The notes under the pieces were generated by a model that did not search any database, had not been told where the DNA came from, and saw nothing but the letters and a program-made list of their open reading frames with translations. Both the position numbers and the translations under genes were made by a program. From contig CAZERT010000001.1 of assembly GCA_964515515.1 (NCBI GenBank), positions 64,854-99,297 of the forward strand: a DNA stretch of 34,444 nt, read 5' to 3'. Below are positions 32,598 to 34,444 of this stretch, in pieces (the stretch's first letter is position 1; each line of letters opens with the position of its first letter). This DNA is from an uncultured Gammaproteobacteria bacterium (GTDB lineage Bacteria; Patescibacteriota; Microgenomatia; UBA10105; UBA927).

Positions 32598-34444
32598 AAA
32601 GAAAACGGTGTATCTTTCCCTTGTTTTGACTCCATCTACGGTTCTTGCCGCAGTATGGAATATGGGAAAAGATGGGCATGTTGAAATTGTCGGTACGGCT
32701 TCCGATAGTGTTGTTGCAGATACATGGGATGAACGGCTCGTGAGTTCCGACCATGTAATTTCCTCTTGCGAGGGGAAAGTAGGGCCTTCAGAAATTAAGA
32801 ATGTTATTTTAGGACTATCGGAAGAATATTTAACGCCTGAAGGCGAAGTTGCCCATAATGTTCGTGGGCCGCTAAAGAAGATACTTTCCTCCCTTGGTCT
32901 TACGGCACTTGGATACGTTGGGCTGGATAGTGCATTATCATTTTATTGTAAAAGAACGGAAGGGATTCCTCCGAGTTGTATTTTTATACACTGTGGAACA
33001 TCAACAATAGATGTGACCATATATAGTGTTGGGCAGAAAATCGGAAGGGAACACCTGAAGGTAAGTGGAACCACGGTGTTGGATGTCGAAGCTGCAATGA
33101 AAAAGATTGCCAAATCGGAAATTCTTCCCCCCAGGATCATGATTTATGGGATGAACGAACAGGATTTGGAGGAATTTAGACGGAGTCTGATGAAACATCC
33201 ATGGACGGCCAAGCTTCAGTTTTTGCATTTTCCGAAAATTGAAAGTATCCCGGGAAAAGTCCTTGCAAAATCGGTGGTCATGGCCGGAGCAAGTGAACTT
33301 GTCCATGCGGTAAGCGATAAGGAAGAATCCGGTGTGTCAGAACAAAAGAGTGTTGAGGAACAAGACGCGGAATCCCAACAGACCCACATTCAACAAGCTG
33401 CCACGGTACGTTTGGAAGTCGTGGAAGATGATGTGCAAAAAGATGAACTTCAGGAAGAAGAGGAAGGAACCGGTACGGATGAAGAAGGTGAAGAGGGGAA
33501 AGAAACACCTAAAGAAGAAGATGGAAATACCCAGGATATGGAAGAAGAAACGGTCATTTCCCAGCACACTCCAAAACGGAAAGATTTGGAAAATGTAGAG
33601 GTTGTTGATCCGACGGAGCTTGGATTCGGACCGTCAGAAGAAGGGACAGAGGAATTACCCCAAGAAAGCAGTCCGGATGAAGGGGAACAGGAAGAGGAAG
33701 AGGAAGGGCGGGTTTCACCATTGGCAAAACTGCGTAGTGTCCTTTCGGGATTATTCCACGCAAAGCCAAACGCATCAGCAGGAAAAAAGAAGATTCTTTT
33801 TGCGGTTCTTGGTGGGATAATTCTGGCTGCGGGTATTGCCGGATATAGTGCATGGCAATGGTTTGTCCCCAAGGCAACAGTAACCATATCCGTTCTTCCC
33901 AAGATGATCGATAAGTCCACAACGGTGACAATTTTAACTACCGCTACGGGTATAGACAATGAAAAAGCGGTTATTCCGGGGAAGAAAATAGAAAAAACCG
34001 TATCCGGGGAAAAAACCGCTACTGTTTCGGGAACGAAGAAAGTTGGGGATCCGGCACGGGGTGCGGTTACGCTTTACAACAAATCGCTTTCCGCAAAGAC
34101 GCTTGAAAAAGGATCCGTATTTACCTTCGGATCTCTTTCTTTTACCCTTGATTCGGATGTTACGGTTGCATCGGCATCAGAGTCGATCGGATCGATTACG
34201 TTTGGAAAGGCAACCGGCGCACTGACCGCTTCGGCAATCGGACCGGAATCAAACATCAGTGCAAACTCCGAATTTATTTCCAAGGAATATGGAGGCAATG
34301 TTGTTATTGCCCGCAATGAACAGGCATTATCCGGCGGGACAAGCCGCAGTGTGACTGTCGTTACCAGCGCTGATATGAATACGTTAGTTACGTCGATAAC
34401 ATCGGAATTATCAGCAAAAGCAAAAAAGGAAATTGCGTCCGATT
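32548..34444 (+). CDS. Chimeric membrane protein: degenerate actin-fold (FtsA/PilM-like ASKHA) domain, acidic linker, TM helix, beta-rich ectodomain. Partial: it runs off the 3' edge.
   Basis: Open-ended, so not in the track. The frame is open from ATG 32548 (a 50-nt overlap with alaS); the alternative GTG 32608 avoids overlap. ASKHA-like blocks: VYLSLVLTPSTVLAAVW, GLTALGYVGLDSALSF, CIFIHCGTSTIDVTIYSVG and IMIYGMNEQ. E/D-rich linker at ~33316-33730. TM ILFAVLGGIILAAGIAGYSAWQWF at ~33793-33864. Ectodomain: VTISVLPK...GAVTLYNKSLSAKTLEKGSVFTF...ALSGGTSRSVTVV. Confidence 0.6.
   Translation, partial: MKLLSKILTRFTKKTPEKKTVYLSLVLTPSTVLAAVWNMGKDGHVEIVGTASDSVVADTWDERLVSSDHVISSCEGKVGPSEIKNVILGLSEEYLTPEGEVAHNVRGPLKKILSSLGLTALGYVGLDSALSFYCKRTEGIPPSCIFIHCGTSTIDVTIYSVGQKIGREHLKVSGTTVLDVEAAMKKIAKSEILPPRIMIYGMNEQDLEEFRRSLMKHPWTAKLQFLHFPKIESIPGKVLAKSVVMAGASELVHAVSDKEESGVSEQKSVEEQDAESQQTHIQQAATVRLEVVEDDVQKDELQEEEEGTGTDEEGEEGKETPKEEDGNTQDMEEETVISQHTPKRKDLENVEVVDPTELGFGPSEEGTEELPQESSPDEGEQEEEEEGRVSPLAKLRSVLSGLFHAKPNASAGKKKILFAVLGGIILAAGIAGYSAWQWFVPKATVTISVLPKMIDKSTTVTILTTATGIDNEKAVIPGKKIEKTVSGEKTATVSGTKKVGDPARGAVTLYNKSLSAKTLEKGSVFTFGSLSFTLDSDVTVASASESIGSITFGKATGALTASAIGPESNISANSEFISKEYGGNVVIARNEQALSGGTSRSVTVVTSADMNTLVTSITSELSAKAKKEIASD

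Noticed and set aside
33316-33730. GAA/GAG/GAT-rich stretch that looks repetitive (possible tandem repeat or array)
   Set aside because: It is in-frame low-complexity coding sequence for an E/D-rich linker. It has no fixed repeat unit and no spacer-repeat periodicity, so it is not a CRISPR array or a VNTR.
1-34444. Alternative genetic code (UGA recoding, as in some candidate phyla), inteins, group I/II introns, a DGR, or mobile elements
   Set aside because: TGA terminates dnaJ and alaS at the expected protein ends. All conserved proteins are collinear with homologs, without insertions. I saw no reverse transcriptase, transposase, integrase or long direct or inverted repeats.

Overview
The window is gene-dense (roughly 90% coding by eye) and is mostly chromosomal housekeeping genes. 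It uses the standard genetic code: TAA, TAG and TGA all terminate recognisable genes. I found no rRNA, tRNA, CRISPR array, transposase, integrase or recognisable defense or toxin genes.

Gene order:
- Minus strand: a surface/pilus-like operon (six-Cys membrane protein, FN3/Ig surface protein, 63-aa TM protein, pilO-like, pilN-like), then rpsT.
- murJ (+), converging on an L,D-transpeptidase and a clan GH-A glycosidase (-).
- A long plus-strand run: CIRCE-hrcA-grpE-dnaK-dnaJ(like), nusA-infB-[degenerate DHH]-rpsO-pnp, an orphan Lon AAA+ module, HAD, RNase J.
- typA (-).
- ftsK, rodZ-like, DUF948-like, YtxH-like, a 2-hydroxyacid-dehydrogenase homolog and an EamA transporter (+).
- A C45/Ntn hydrolase (-).
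- alaS (+) and an open-ended chimeric actin-fold/TM/beta-ectodomain gene (+).

Many proteins have reduced architectures: a ~498-aa IF2, a 626-aa AlaRS without C-Ala, a 244-aa HrcA, a Cys-free DnaJ, and pilN/pilO with no secretin. Together with low-complexity tails, this suggests a small-genome monoderm bacterium, plausibly Patescibacteria/CPR. That placement is inference only.

I see no canonical 'system' such as defense, a mobile element or a biosynthetic cluster. The best novelty candidates are:
1. A membrane-tethered ectodomain with beta-defensin-like six-Cys spacing (nt 79-177), sitting in an orphan pilN/pilO surface operon.
2. A chimeric degenerate ASKHA - acidic linker - TM - beta-rich ectodomain protein at the 3' edge.
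3. A Lon-derived AAA+ ATPase with no protease domain and no aromatic pore loop.
4. Two apparent pseudoenzymes, a DHH/DHHA1 homolog and a 2-hydroxyacid dehydrogenase homolog.
5. Recurrent promoter-to-ATG spacing that implies leaderless or very short-leader mRNAs, plus a promoter -> terminator -> nusA leader.

All motif calls were made by eye. No database search or computation was run.
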